A stretch of 64,000 nucleotides of DNA from Tubulanus polymorphus (lineage: Eukaryota > Animalia > Nemertea): assembly GCF_964204645.1 (NCBI RefSeq), contig NC_134032.1:7056275-7120274 (forward strand), in the 5' to 3' direction. The position numbers were made by a program, and so were the translations under genes. Every line of letters starts with the position of its first letter. The first letter of the stretch is position 1. Below are positions 23,903-35,866 of this stretch, in pieces. The notes beneath the pieces are model-generated. The model was not told where the DNA came from, searched no databases, and worked only from the letters and a program-made list of their open reading frames with translations.

Positions 23903-24505
23903 AGGAATTAACATATCTTAAGTTAGCTTCACTTTTCTTAGCTACTCTTACAGAAACCAAGTATGGTTAAAAGTTCAAACGATCTTCAAGCCGCATGAAT
24001 CGATCAACAGTATGCCATTTACTGACCGTGACTCGTGGCTACATTCGTATATATGGTTAAGGTCAAGAAAAAGAAATGAACTAGTTTAAGTTGGAAAGCA
24101 TAAAATGTTCTAGTACAAATATCTGGTTAGTTTGCTTAGTCTAAACCATACTTTCACTAACTTAAGAAATTGATGAACCTCATAAACTGAAAATTAAGTT
24201 TGAGGAATTAACATATCTTAAGTTAGCTTCACTTTTCTTAGCTACTCTTACAGAAACCAAGTATGGTTAAAAGTTCAAACGATCTTCAAGCCGCATGAAT
24301 CGATCAACAGTATGCCATTTACTGACCGTGACTCGTGGCTACATTCGTATATATGGTTAAGGTCAAGAAAAAGAAATGAACTAGTTTAAGTTGGAAAGCA
24401 TAAAATGTTCTAGTACAAATATCTGGTTAGTTTGCTTAGTCTAAACCATACTTTCACTAACTTAAGAAATTGATGAACCTCATAAACTGAAAATTAAGTT
24501 TGAGG
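23903..24505 (+). repeat. Exact 300-bp tandem duplication in the D spacer
   Basis: 23903-24202 equals 24203-24502. Confidence 0.95.
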
Positions 24506-27500
24506 TACTAAAAGATACTAAAACGGTAAAATCACTTAAATACTAACACACTAGGATGCGCATTATAGGAATATTTCTATTGATAAAACGGTGGACTCGC
24601 ACACTTTGGACATACCGGGGACAACAGTGTAGTATAAATTGAGCTTGTCGACACTCTTTGTTCTACCACCCGGATGGTGGTGCTACTGAGATTTTTGCCC
24701 ATATTCGCTATATGCATTTTTATCGTATCCCCTATGCACGACCGTTTCTTTTCTAAATATGGTAAATTAGGAATTTTTATAGATTCTTGTTACCTCTATG
24801 TACCAATGTTTGGTTAGGGGAATTCCATTCTATTCCCGACAATCGCTCGATTTTCGTATTTGTCCCAGCCCATTTTCGCGCTTTTGACAAAAAAAAAAGT
24901 GAAACTACATTACAAGCGTGTGTAATCGAGAAATGTTTAAAACTTACAATCTAAACTTTGGTATAAATTTGGATGCTGTAAGACATTAAAACAATGACCA
25001 TAAAGTTGCGCATAATAGGAATATTTCTACTCATAACTTGTGGGGTCTTTAAACTTTATAAAAACCTATATATTAAGCTTGCTTAAATAGAATTACTTCC
25101 AAAAGTGGTCGAACATGCGAATGTGTTAACGTTGATATGAAAACCAGAAAAACACGTCGGTGGCGTTTTAGATGACAACAAGTAGGGATATATTGTTTTA
25201 CATTAAATAGTTAGCGCGTAGTTGTCAATTATCTATTTAAACTCGTCACTTTGAAGTCTGGTAACTTTTCACCCAATTCAATACGCTAGTGTTACATGTT
25301 ATCAGGCACATATACGTACTCCCTAAGGGGCTAATAGATCGCGCATTATTTCAATTAGAATCACTGTGACGCTGAATTCCAGTATTGAAAAACGTTAACT
25401 TACAAATAACGAAGAATTTTACGTTAATGTTAACGAGCTACAGGACCAAAGTTCCTTCATTTGTGTATACATTAGTACTGCGATACACGTCAACGAGTCA
25501 TACCTTTACTGCTTAGGTGTTTTACTGCTTTAGTATCGAATGGTAACACTTTTATTCGGAATTATGGTTCTCGATATTTCAGTTCAAGCGTTTTATGGTT
25601 TACTAAATTCTTTATCTTCACTAAACGAGGTTCTAACAATTTTCAATTTTGAAGAAATGAGGTTTGAACTTTTTTAATAGGAAAATACTATACGGTTTTG
25701 ACAAAATAACATTAGTTAAAAATACGGTTTGACTATTTTTCGATTTTACATATTCGAGGTTTGAATATTTTTCAATTTGAACTAACAACAACGAAAATCT
25801 TGTAAAAAATAAATATGATTAGCGTTCCCGCGTATAATAATACATGTTGTTTTTTATACAAAAAAAATCAAATGCTCAAGCATGCATCAATAGATCTTCG
25901 GTCATCTCATCTTTTTTCTTTTTTGTGCTTGGAAATGAAATACAATTTCATTGAATGTGAATGTGAAATTTAAAAACTGACTCTTGCGTGATTTTTTCAA
26001 TCTTTATAAATTTACCAAGGTCTAGCTGTAAAATGCATGAAATGTAGAAAATCTCGATATAATATTGCAATGTAAAAGTATGGGGAATTTGTGAAAATAT
26101 GTTTAAAAAACATAAATATTTAAGAAAAGTTTTTAAAAATTGGGAATTTTGTAACAAAGAAAAAGCGATGCGAAAAAAGATAAAGTATATACATATACAT
26201 ATTTTTGTCTGTTATTTCTCTATATTTGGAAAGACTAAAGTGATTTAGTTACATGTGTGTGTAGTTTCGTTGTTTAAAATCTCTTGTGTATACAAAACTT
26301 TGGAACCATATTTTTCAAAAACCTAAAAATTGTTATACCGCGTTTATTGAAAATTTAAAATCATCATCCTACTAAAACGCCATATACTGAAAAATGCTAA
26401 AACCGGAAATCCCATTTTCTATTTTTTCATCAAACCTGTTAGTATTTTCCTATTAAAAAAGTCCAAACCATATTTTTTTAAAACTGAAAAATTGTTAAAC
26501 CTCGTTAACTGGAAATAAAGAATTCTGCATTATAATCAATGTAAGTTATCGGGAAATGCTTACAACTCGAAATCTAATAAACTGCGGTTTTACATATTCG
26601 ACACTAAAACACTAAAATCACTTAAACACTAACGCACTAGGATGCGCATTATAAGAGTATTTCTATTGATAAATCATCTAAAACTTTGAAAATGCCGGAG
26701 GGCTACAATGCTGTATAAATTGAGCTTGTCAACACTTTGTATACAATACTTAACATTAGAACATGTCCAAGCGCGTGGCATTGAGTCAAGCCCCGTAACC
26801 ATCTAGTCTCTGATCTTTCAGTTAACCTCATAATTAATTTAACTAAATTCCGTCCTGCAAACCATAAGCTCCCAATAGAAACTGGCCGATGGAATAATGT
26901 AAAGCGTGCTGAAAGAATATGTAAATTGTGTAATAATGGAATTGGGGACGAATTTCATTACCTTTTCAACTGTATATATTTAAATGATAGAAGGGAGTTA
27001 TACCTAGACAGGAGATTTTATACGAACCCCCAACATTTTCAGATAAAAATTATTAATGCAAACTAAAGATGTAGCCGAACTCCGTAAACTGTGTATTTTT
27101 GTTGGAAGAATTTTGAAACTTTTCAATTGATAGCTCACATGAAAATCAATGTGTAATTATGTATCTATCTACTGTGCGTCCTATATATAATTTATTTATT
27201 TTTATGTATACTGTATCACTCGAATTGTCTTTGTATTAAGACCAAAAGTTTGTCAAATAAAGCAAAAGTAAAGTAAAGTAATAGTTTTTTCGATTCATCC
27301 ATGAGATTGTAACGTTAATAAATTCGCTTGCGATATGTTAATAGTTATACTATAGAAATATCTAAAAGCGTCTTTCTTTGGCGTTTTTCCATGCGATCGA
27401 CTACCAGATATAAACCAGCGTCCCGCTGGGTTTTATAGTAAACACTGACAATTACGACGAACCGGGTGAACATTGGCTAACTGTATATATAAACGATTAC

Positions 27501-29466
27501 GGAATCGGTTATTTTTGATTCGTTCGGGCAACATACCGGAACTTGTGATAAATGTTAGAAAAATACTTGGATGAAAATTGTATAGATTGGAAATATAATA
27601 ATAAGATGTATCAAAACGTATTATCCGATGTATTTCTGTTATTACGCAATATCTGTACTATTGCACCTATGTCACGGTAACGATTTACGCGATATTACGA
27701 AACTATTGTCAAATAAAACTAATGATAATGATTATTTTGTAAAAGAAAAATTTATCGTGAAATATTTTAAGCTTCTATAATAAACTATTATGTATATGAA
27801 TTTTGTCATTTTCTAAATTATATTTCTATAAACTCGCCGTAGAAAACCATCTGTTACTAGTCTAGGTTTTCCAAACAGCTTAATCGCGTCAGTCAATCAA
27901 CAAACAACCAACAAACCCGAAATGGGTATACTATAGTTGGTTTGCTCATACTTAATTTCCCCAATCGCGGTTGTGTCTCTGATCTAAATAACTTATTCGG
28001 CAGATGCTAACAACGGGTCAATGGTTTTTGTTTCTCAATTACTTAATTGCGTAATTTTCATCCTGCATATTCCGTCACATATCATCGAGGGTACTGACCA
28101 GATATTTTAGATGGTAGATGCTAACCATGGGTCAATGGTATTTGTTTCTCAATTACTTAATTACGTTCATAGATGATATATTGTATCAAGGGGTCTGGCC
28201 AACGACAAAATGCTTGATTATTATAGAGTAAATCCGAATAAAATGAGACAGATATGAAATATTATATACATTGCAAGTTTATTATTTACTCGTTCATCTA
28301 AAAAACATAAATTTTTTTTTTCCAAAAATATTATACATATACACGGGTTATGGCTTTTATTTATACAATCCGGTAGATGACGAATGAGTCGCTACGTATA
28401 AAAATTCGTAAAAGATAGAAACTCACTACGTTAGTTAATCCTCTTTTGGTCAGAGCGGTTTTAAATTACTTTAATTATACTTGGGTTATCATTATACCGT
28501 ATTCAGGTGCTTTCTAACCCCGCTTGTGTCTTTTGCGCAGTACGAGCATCTGTATTCCTGATTCGAGTGACTCGAATCGTACCAGCACGGTCTCATATTA
28601 GCCAGTTCGGATATATCTTCTGTAAAATTAATGTCTTTCAATTTTTTTCCATTGTTCCAATGTTAGTTTTACGTCGCATCTAGTCGGATTTACGTCGAAA
28701 AGCTCATCGTATTTTCGGATATCTACGTAATACGGTGATCGTGACTAGATCCATATATCTTGATAAAGTTCGAACGTAACATTTCGGCTACTATTTTAGT
28801 GCTCCAATAACAGACATCTTGGAAATGATTTGTCCTAAAACTACCCCCTTATTTATGGGTCTAAGTCAGACGACTAATTAGTTGATTAATTCTCATAGTC
28901 TAACAGTTTACTCAAAGTATTTGAGGATTCTATCACATATAATTAACGGTGTTTTTGATACTCGGGTCTAATATCACCCAGCATATAGGACCATCTGTTC
29001 GGTTTTTTCTAAACAATTTAATTACCTCAGCGCTATGAGCACTAAAAATGTTCGAATTATTGCTAGTGTAATTGGTTTGAAACCTCACACATAATTTCCC
29101 ATCTCGGACGTGTCTCCGATCTAAATCACTTAATTGCCTTCGTCTTCCACATATAATTAATGGTGTTTGGATACTATCGACCCATCTGCTACTAGTCTAG
29201 GTAATTGGTTTTGCTCACACCTATTTTCCCCAATCGTGGTCATGTATTGATCTAAATCAATTAATTGCCTTCTTTGTCGGTATATGGTATCATGGGTCTG
29301 GATAGCAACGAAATGCTAGATTAACGTAACTCAGAATGAGTCAAAAATGAAATCTTTTATTCAATTAATGTTTTATTTAGTCCTAAAAAACATAAATATT
29401 TTTATAAATATTGTAGATAAACATAGGTCATATACCTATACACGAAAAAACCATAAATTTCATAAA

Positions 29467-29559
29467 AGATAGAAACTCACTACTTTAGTTAATCCTCTTT
29501 GGTTAGAGCGGATCTTAATGAAGTCCTGGATTAGTCATTTCGGATACTTATTTCTATCT
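29467..29559 (-). ncRNA. Candidate structured RNA motif, copy in D right arm
   Basis: Inverted copy of 20230-20322. Confidence 0.5.
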
Positions 29560-29656
29560 AAGAGTTTAACGCAAACTAAATTATATAAATTGATGTATTT
29601 TACATATTTTGTTGTTCGGTTATGATATAAATATTATCTAATTAATATCTGTGAAA

Positions 29657-30484
29657 TTATACTTGGGTGATCATTACACCGTATTCAGGTGTTTTTCGTA
29701 CTCCAGAAGTGTCTTTTGCGCAGTACGGACACCTGTATTCCTGATTCGAGTGACTCGAATCATACCAACAGGGCGTCATGTTGGCTAGTTCGGGTATATC
29801 GTCATTAAAATTAATGTCTTTCAATTTTTTCCATTGTTCCAATGTTAGTTTTACACCGCATCTAGTCGGGGAAACACCGAGAGGTTCATCGAATAGATCG
29901 TATTTTCGGATATCTACGTAAATACGATGATCGTGACTAGACCTATATATTTTGATAAAATTCGTACGACCAACAGTCATTACACCCACGTATTCGATAT
30001 CTTCTTTAACGCGCGCAATTTCGTGTTCGATATCGGATTTACAAAAATCTATATGCACCCACTCTTGGAGATCGAGCGAAATACCGTTTTTAGTGGGATA
30101 CAGTTGTTTTCTTCGTTCACAGCACTCGTAGGACCGTAAATCTACACGTTTTACCCCCTGCCACGTTTTCGCACTCGCGTAAACAAGAGATCCCAGATAA
30201 TGGGGTTCGGGGTCATTGTTCCAGGTGTTACGCAAGTTCGCACTTTTCGACGGGACGGCGACAGCGTTGTCATTAACGATCGAACCTAAAAGAACAATAA
30301 AATATTATATATCAGTATACGTATGTCTTAATATTTGACGGTTTCGAATACGGGAAATAAGTAGAAACTTACTAAAGTCGAGTTTCAGCGAGGGGTGTTT
30401 TCTTTTTCTAGATTGAAGCGATGACTTTGCTTTAACTGGTGTATTAGATATTTCTAAAATACTTTGTCCGCTGGCCGAATCCAT
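29657..30484 (-). CDS. Spliced tandem-PC4 protein, right-arm copy
   Basis: Mirror of 19305-20132 (one D/N difference in the ORF track). Confidence 0.85.
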
Positions 30485-30885
30485 TATTACGATGATGTTG
30501 TATGATGTTGACGGTTCAAAGTCTCTGAGCAGAATGACTAAATTATGGATTTGCAACGCGTTTTTATTGTCAGAAAATGACTTACCCGAACTCGTTTTAT
30601 GGTTTTACATGTTACGAAATATGTTCGCCTAAACTTGTCTATGATTTCACAATAGCCGTCAAAAGAAGCCATCTTGGATTTAATCCCGCTCCCCTCTCTA
30701 TACACGCGCTCGCATAAGATTATATAATCATGGCATCATCTAGGATGACGTCACTCGCTTACACACGTACACACAAACGCACGCATGCGCACGCATCTGT
30801 ATAGGATTACGGACTAGCGCCATCTAGGATTTAACTGCGCACTCGCTTTGTTTACACTCGCATAAACGAGACGTGACTTACGAAA

Positions 30886-31452
30886 ATGTCTGGCGATTTT
30901 TTTACCGTGGAAAACATTTTCCTAAAAAAAAAAAAAAAAAAATCAACTACCACGGAACATGAAATAAATCATGTCGACTTTGAAGATATCGACTGGTCTA
31001 CCGGATTTGCGATTTGCAAATATTGTAATACGACAATTACATACGGTAGTTTTCGAGTAACGACGTGTTGCAGGAAACCGATTTGTGAAGATTGCTGGCT
31101 AGTGAACGCTCGATGGTTAGGCGTTCAACATGATTTCGAATGTCCTATCGAGAATTGCATGGCACATTTTAGGATTATCAAACATATCGCGAAAAAAGAC
31201 TGTTATCGTTGTCACGCGCAAGAGGATTTGCTTCATTGTTGTGATAAAACTATATGCTGGCCCTGTTTAAGCGAACTTAAAACGTGTGAAGGGTATGAAG
31301 AAAATTTTTGTTATAACTGCATAACTTTATTTTGTGGCATCAACACGTGTTTAGTATGTTTGGAAATAACTAAACAAAAGACAGACTGCTGCGACGTTTA
31401 TATTCACGTCTCGTGCGCCAAGGAATTCGGATTTAAACCGTGTTTAAACTAA
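30886..31452 (+). CDS. 188-aa Cys-rich multi-RING-like protein (intact copy)
   Basis: ATG in frame through A19 tract; three zinc-binding clusters. Confidence 0.7.
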   Translation: MSGDFFTVENIFLKKKKKKSTTTEHEINHVDFEDIDWSTGFAICKYCNTTITYGSFRVTTCCRKPICEDCWLVNARWLGVQHDFECPIENCMAHFRIIKHIAKKDCYRCHAQEDLLHCCDKTICWPCLSELKTCEGYEENFCYNCITLFCGINTCLVCLEITKQKTDCCDVYIHVSCAKEFGFKPCLN

Positions 31453-33207
31453 ATTTTAACGGTGAATAAAATGTTTTTTTTAATTGTTTTACATTGTTTT
31501 TTTAATTTTTGGTTTTCTTTGTCTCGAATTTGCCCGTACTCAGGGAAAAGCGCCATCTAGGATTTAACTTCACTTCCCCCTCACCTTCACGTACACATAT
31601 GATCTCGTAATAGCGCCATCTAGGATTCAACTTTTCCCATAAACACGCATAGGAATGCGTAAGCGCCATCTAGGATTCAATCATACCAATAAATAAATTT
31701 GGATTGAACACCGCCAATAAATTTGATTTGGATTTAACACCGCCAATAAATTGATTTGGATTTGTTGTCAATAATTTGATTTGGATTTAACGGAAAAATT
31801 TTGAATTTTCCCGCCAAAAATTTGAAATTTGAATTTCAACCGCCACTTCCGGCCGCCATCTTGGATGACGTCACTTCCGGTCACCATCTTGGATTACGTC
31901 ACTTCCGGCCGCCATCTTGGATGACGTCACTTCCGGTATGACGTCATCCCTCCTCCCTCCCCCCTCCTCACTCCTCCCCCTCCCTCATTGAGGTCCTGAA
32001 GTGACATTTCCTAACTACTACTGGGTATAGATAATACGAGTGAAAGATTTTAAAAGTTATTCATTTGTCGATTTACGTAAAAACTCAACTTATAGTCTCT
32101 TTCGATTTTGGAACGTTCTTCTTCACATGTCTTGTTATTGTTACACCTTGGATCAGTAATCATAAGGTTACACTGCACATGCACTATATCCGATACAGTT
32201 GATCAGCAAGCGTATCAACCGAATTGATTTACTAGGGAAAAGAGACATTGTCCGAACATTTATCGTTTTAACGAATTGTTCGTATCATCGTGTTCACAGT
32301 ATCAGACTACTTGTATACCGATACATTCCACTATGTTATAAGATTTAACAAAATCGTATTTAATTCAATGACAATCATGTTCCAATGACGATCACTGTTG
32401 TTGTATCCTACAAAGATATCTTTAACCGTTCAAATTATAAACAGCTCCTGCGCGTATATATTCGTCTTGAAAGTACATATTTATATGATCAATCTTATCT
32501 TCAATCTTATTTGTATAAAGAAATGAAATGTTGTGTAAACCTCATTCATCAATTTGACTTGTAAGATATAATTGAAAAAAGAAAGATTATGTATATGAAT
32601 TTTGTACAATGATCGGTGGCTATTGGCGCTCGCTTGGTCTATACGTATGGAAAAACATGCCCTCAAAAGCTGGGACATGGTCAAATTCAGTGCCAGATCC
32701 ACCCCATGAACCAGCATTACAAAATGAAGAGAGACTATGACGATGGCAGTACTTCAAATCCAGGACCCGGTACTGTTTCAGGATCTTCACATCCCATAAT
32801 CACAGTTGAGTTGTGACCAACATACTCTGATTTTCAGAAGGGAGAGTGATCAAGGGAGGGAGGGGCGGGAGGGGAGAGGGAAAGAGAACAATAATTGTAA
32901 GTTGAATTATACGGAAGTATCAATGTTTATACCCTCTCATCAACGCAAGTTGTAATCAGGCCCATAGCCAGGGCCCTTCAAGGGGGTGTGCGATATAAAC
33001 TACAAGTGGACCTAACCACGCCGGTAAAGCCAAGCGGCTTATTGTTAAAATTTATCATTGTTATCATTACTGTTACTATTATTATCATCCATTGTTATAA
33101 TAATCAGCTTTTGTGCATTTGATATTTATTATATAACTTTTGATCACCGTCAATTGTCACTTTTACTTAAAAATAATTGTAATTGCACCTTAGCATGTAT
33201 TCATTTA

Positions 33208-33551
33208 AGTAATTAGAAAAGTGGGGTTTCAGATCAGAGGTCGAGAGGTCGAGACACCACTCATCACAGCTAGGCTCTAGTGAGAACGGACGATTGCTCT
33301 GTGACACACATATACAGTGAGTGCGCGTAACAGCAGCTGCGCGTGGATAGATCGATACAGTGAGTCTCTACTGAGAACGGTTATTAACGCGTGTGCTATT
33401 ATTGTAGTAGTACAGTGATTGCGTGTCAACTGTACCCGGATAAATAGATGCTGTGAGGCTTGGGTGAGAACGGTTAATAGCGTGTTTGTTATATACAAGG
33501 GGAAGTAATCCCCACTCATCACCACAAGTAATTTGTTTTCCTTATAAATGG
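33208..33551 (+). repeat. Left TIR of B
   Basis: Inverted match to 49869-50212 with about 5 mismatches; ends at the ATGG of the terminal gene. Confidence 0.95.
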
Positions 33552-33874
33552 GAGATAGAAAAGCATTCTTAGCAACAATAAATAACAGAATAAAACCAGC
33601 AAAAAAACAATTTGAAATAAAAAAGTTAGTTGATGTTACAAAAGAAATTGAACATAAAATATTGAAATTAGAAAAGATAAAAACTAAATATGGAGAGAAA
33701 GTATCAGCTAATTTAAGCTACTGTAATGTTAGTACATCACGAGAATTTAAAGTGTTTTTACCTGATAAATGGGTTACATTGAGTACGGAGGAATTGAAAG
33801 ATTTAGTAGGATTTAAAATAATATATCATGGGAAAAATGAAGACGGTCATCATGATTTAGAAATTGTTGATTAA
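33548..33874 (+). CDS. 108-aa putative SSB-like protein
   Basis: Homologs in A and C; function inferred. Confidence 0.75.
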   Translation: MGDRKAFLATINNRIKPAKKQFEIKKLVDVTKEIEHKILKLEKIKTKYGEKVSANLSYCNVSTSREFKVFLPDKWVTLSTEELKDLVGFKIIYHGKNEDGHHDLEIVD

Positions 33875-33904
33875 ATTTTTTAAAAAATAAATTAATAAAA
33901 ATAA

Positions 33905-34011
33905 TGAATATCTAGAATCCGAAATGACTTATCTGGACAATTTAATTGCTCCGCATAGATGGTGCCATAAACAGCACCACACAGTGATAGACAAAAGTAG
34001 TGAGATATTCA
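33905..34011 (+). ncRNA. Candidate structured RNA motif, copy in element B
   Basis: TGAATATCT/AGATATTCA closing stem, conserved internal loop and covarying inner stems. Confidence 0.5.
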
Positions 34012-34052
34012 ATTAATTAAAAAAAATTATTTTTTTGCTTTTTTCTAAAATA

Positions 34053-34421
34053 TTAATCCATTTTTTTTATTATCAATTTTGGAATTTCAGAAGTACTTTC
34101 ATTTTTGATAGCAGTTGGTTCAGAATTACTAATATCATGAATTTTATTTGATTTCTTATACCAACTACACCCAATCAAAATGAATACAATTACAAATCCA
34201 ACTGTAAAATATAAATATTTATCAAATATTCTACTATTAGAAGGAGTAGAAATAACAATATTTTCACCATTTTTATTAACATTTTTATTACTTATTTTTT
34301 CTTTTACAGCTTTTTTATATTCTTGTGATTTAATTCCTAATTGCCGAGACCATTCAATTTGTTTCTGAGTTCTCGGTTTTTTCTTCACAGTTAATTCCTT
34401 CACTTCTTTCACCTCGCTCAT
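34053..34421 (-). CDS. 122-aa basic single-TM protein
   Basis: KKPRTQKQIEW N-terminus; TM YLYFTVGFVIVFILIGCSWY. Confidence 0.7.
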   Translation of the reverse strand: MSEVKEVKELTVKKKPRTQKQIEWSRQLGIKSQEYKKAVKEKISNKNVNKNGENIVISTPSNSRIFDKYLYFTVGFVIVFILIGCSWYKKSNKIHDISNSEPTAIKNESTSEIPKLIIKKMD

Positions 34422-34953
34422 TTATTATAGAAATATTTTTACTTTCAATATTTGAAAATGTTATAACTCCAGTTGATAATAATGTCATAAATCCACCTAA
34501 TTGAAATGATAAATATCCAATCCATTTATTTAATTCAGTCATAACTAAATAATCATTTTTTAAATCGGAATATAATCTATTTTCATCTTCAATTGGTAGT
34601 ATATAATTACATAATTTACTATAACCTTTTACTACATTTTCTGATATCGCGTCATTAATTTTAGCTGTTCTCGCGGCTTCATAAATCTTAAATAATCTAA
34701 TAATTTCATCTGATTTCATTGTATCTAATTCATTATAAGTTAAATTTTTACCGACAAAATTTTTACATTTTCCAGATGCTATTAATATTTCTAATTGATG
34801 TTTACAATAAAGATAATATTCATAATTATTATTTGTTGTAACATTATTTAAAGCACCATCATCTGGAGTTTGTTTCTGTTATTCCTAAATCATCTAAAGT
34901 TTTTTCAATTGGAACATCACCATTTTTAGATTTTATTTTCTTTTCACCTCCCA
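34354..34953 (-). pseudogene. Conserved hypothetical protein, frameshifted near the N-terminus
   Basis: TAAATG start near 34953; frame upstream of the 121-aa ORF reads KHQLEILIASGKCKNFVGKNLTY. Confidence 0.6.
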
Positions 34954-34982
34954 TTTATATAACAAACAAATTAGTTGTGTTG

Positions 34983-35235
34983 TTGCAACTAGAATTCAAC
35001 TAGAATGTAACTAGAATTCAATTAGATTAACAAGCTAGTTGAAATATTGTTATTTTTGTTTATTTCTTGTTAAATCTAGTTGATTTTTGTTCCAACTACC
35101 AATAACTAGAATTCAACTAGAATGTAAATAGAATTAAACTAGATTAACAAGCTAGTTAAAATATTGTTAAATCTATTTGATTTTTGTTACAACTACCAAT
35201 AACTAGAATTCAACTAGAATGTAACTAAATATGTA
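34983..35235. repeat. Intergenic CAACTAGAAT direct/inverted repeat block, related to 11636-11760 in C
   Basis: Three AACTAGAATTCAACTAGAATGTAA units with interspersed CTAGTTG inverted copies. Confidence 0.75.
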
Positions 35236-35258
35236 ATTGATTAACAAACTAATTAAAT

Positions 35259-35866
35259 TTAAATAAATTCATATTTAAATGGGTGTTGTAATCTAAATAG
35301 TAATTTTGATCTTTTAATATTTTTCAACTTATCCATATATTCATTATGTAAATCATGTGGAATAATATCATTTTCCTCAAGTGCATTTTTCATCGATTTT
35401 CTATCTTTATTGTAGAATAAAACTAGAAATCTAATGTTTTCTCTAAAGTCTTTAACAATTGAATTATATTTTTGATTTAAAACCCAAGTTGTTATCCCAA
35501 AATGTCTCCCAGAGAAAGCTAAATAGCATAACTCACTTTCTCTAACTTTTGAATCATGTAGATTAGCACAATCATCTATAATGAATAATGTATTTGATCC
35601 TTTATAAATATCAATTGCTATTTTTATACAATTATCTAAATTTTCTTTTACTGTTTAGGATCTAATATAATAAATTTATTATTCCTAGTAATATTTTTAT
35701 CATAAGTTTGATTAAATTCATATGTTGGACAAAATAATACTATATTATCAAAATAGTTTTCATAAACAGTTTCTAATAAATGTAATATAAAATAAGTTTT
35801 TCCACAATTTGTTACACCAGAAATTAACATATTATGAGGCTCAAATATGAATAATTCCTTATTCAT
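35259..35866 (-). pseudogene. A32/FtsK-like packaging ATPase, frameshift near 35652
   Basis: Walker A GVTNCGKT; shifted frame gives Walker B LFIIDDC and SGRH...LNQ motif. Confidence 0.9.

Larger units (their letters stand above)
17771..32019. mobile_element. Non-autonomous Polinton-type element D with ~6-kb TIRs (14249 bp)
   Basis: AGTAGTTAGG...CCTAACTACT termini; 6-bp TSD ACTGGG (17765-17770, 32020-32025); arms 17771-23777 and 26016-32019 near-identical inverted. Confidence 0.93.

Noticed and set aside
17771-32019. Assembly artefact explanation for the giant palindrome
   Set aside because: Exact TSD, Polinton-type termini, unique spacer and scattered arm differences argue for a real element
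33277-33525. 82-aa ORF in the B TIRs (also 49895..50143)
   Set aside because: Non-ATG start, lies in degenerate ~88-bp TIR repeats, and is duplicated only because of the TIR
33905-34011. Assignment of the shared motif to hammerhead or hairpin ribozymes
   Set aside because: No CUGANGA core; the AGAA/GUC of hairpin loop A is not conserved across copies
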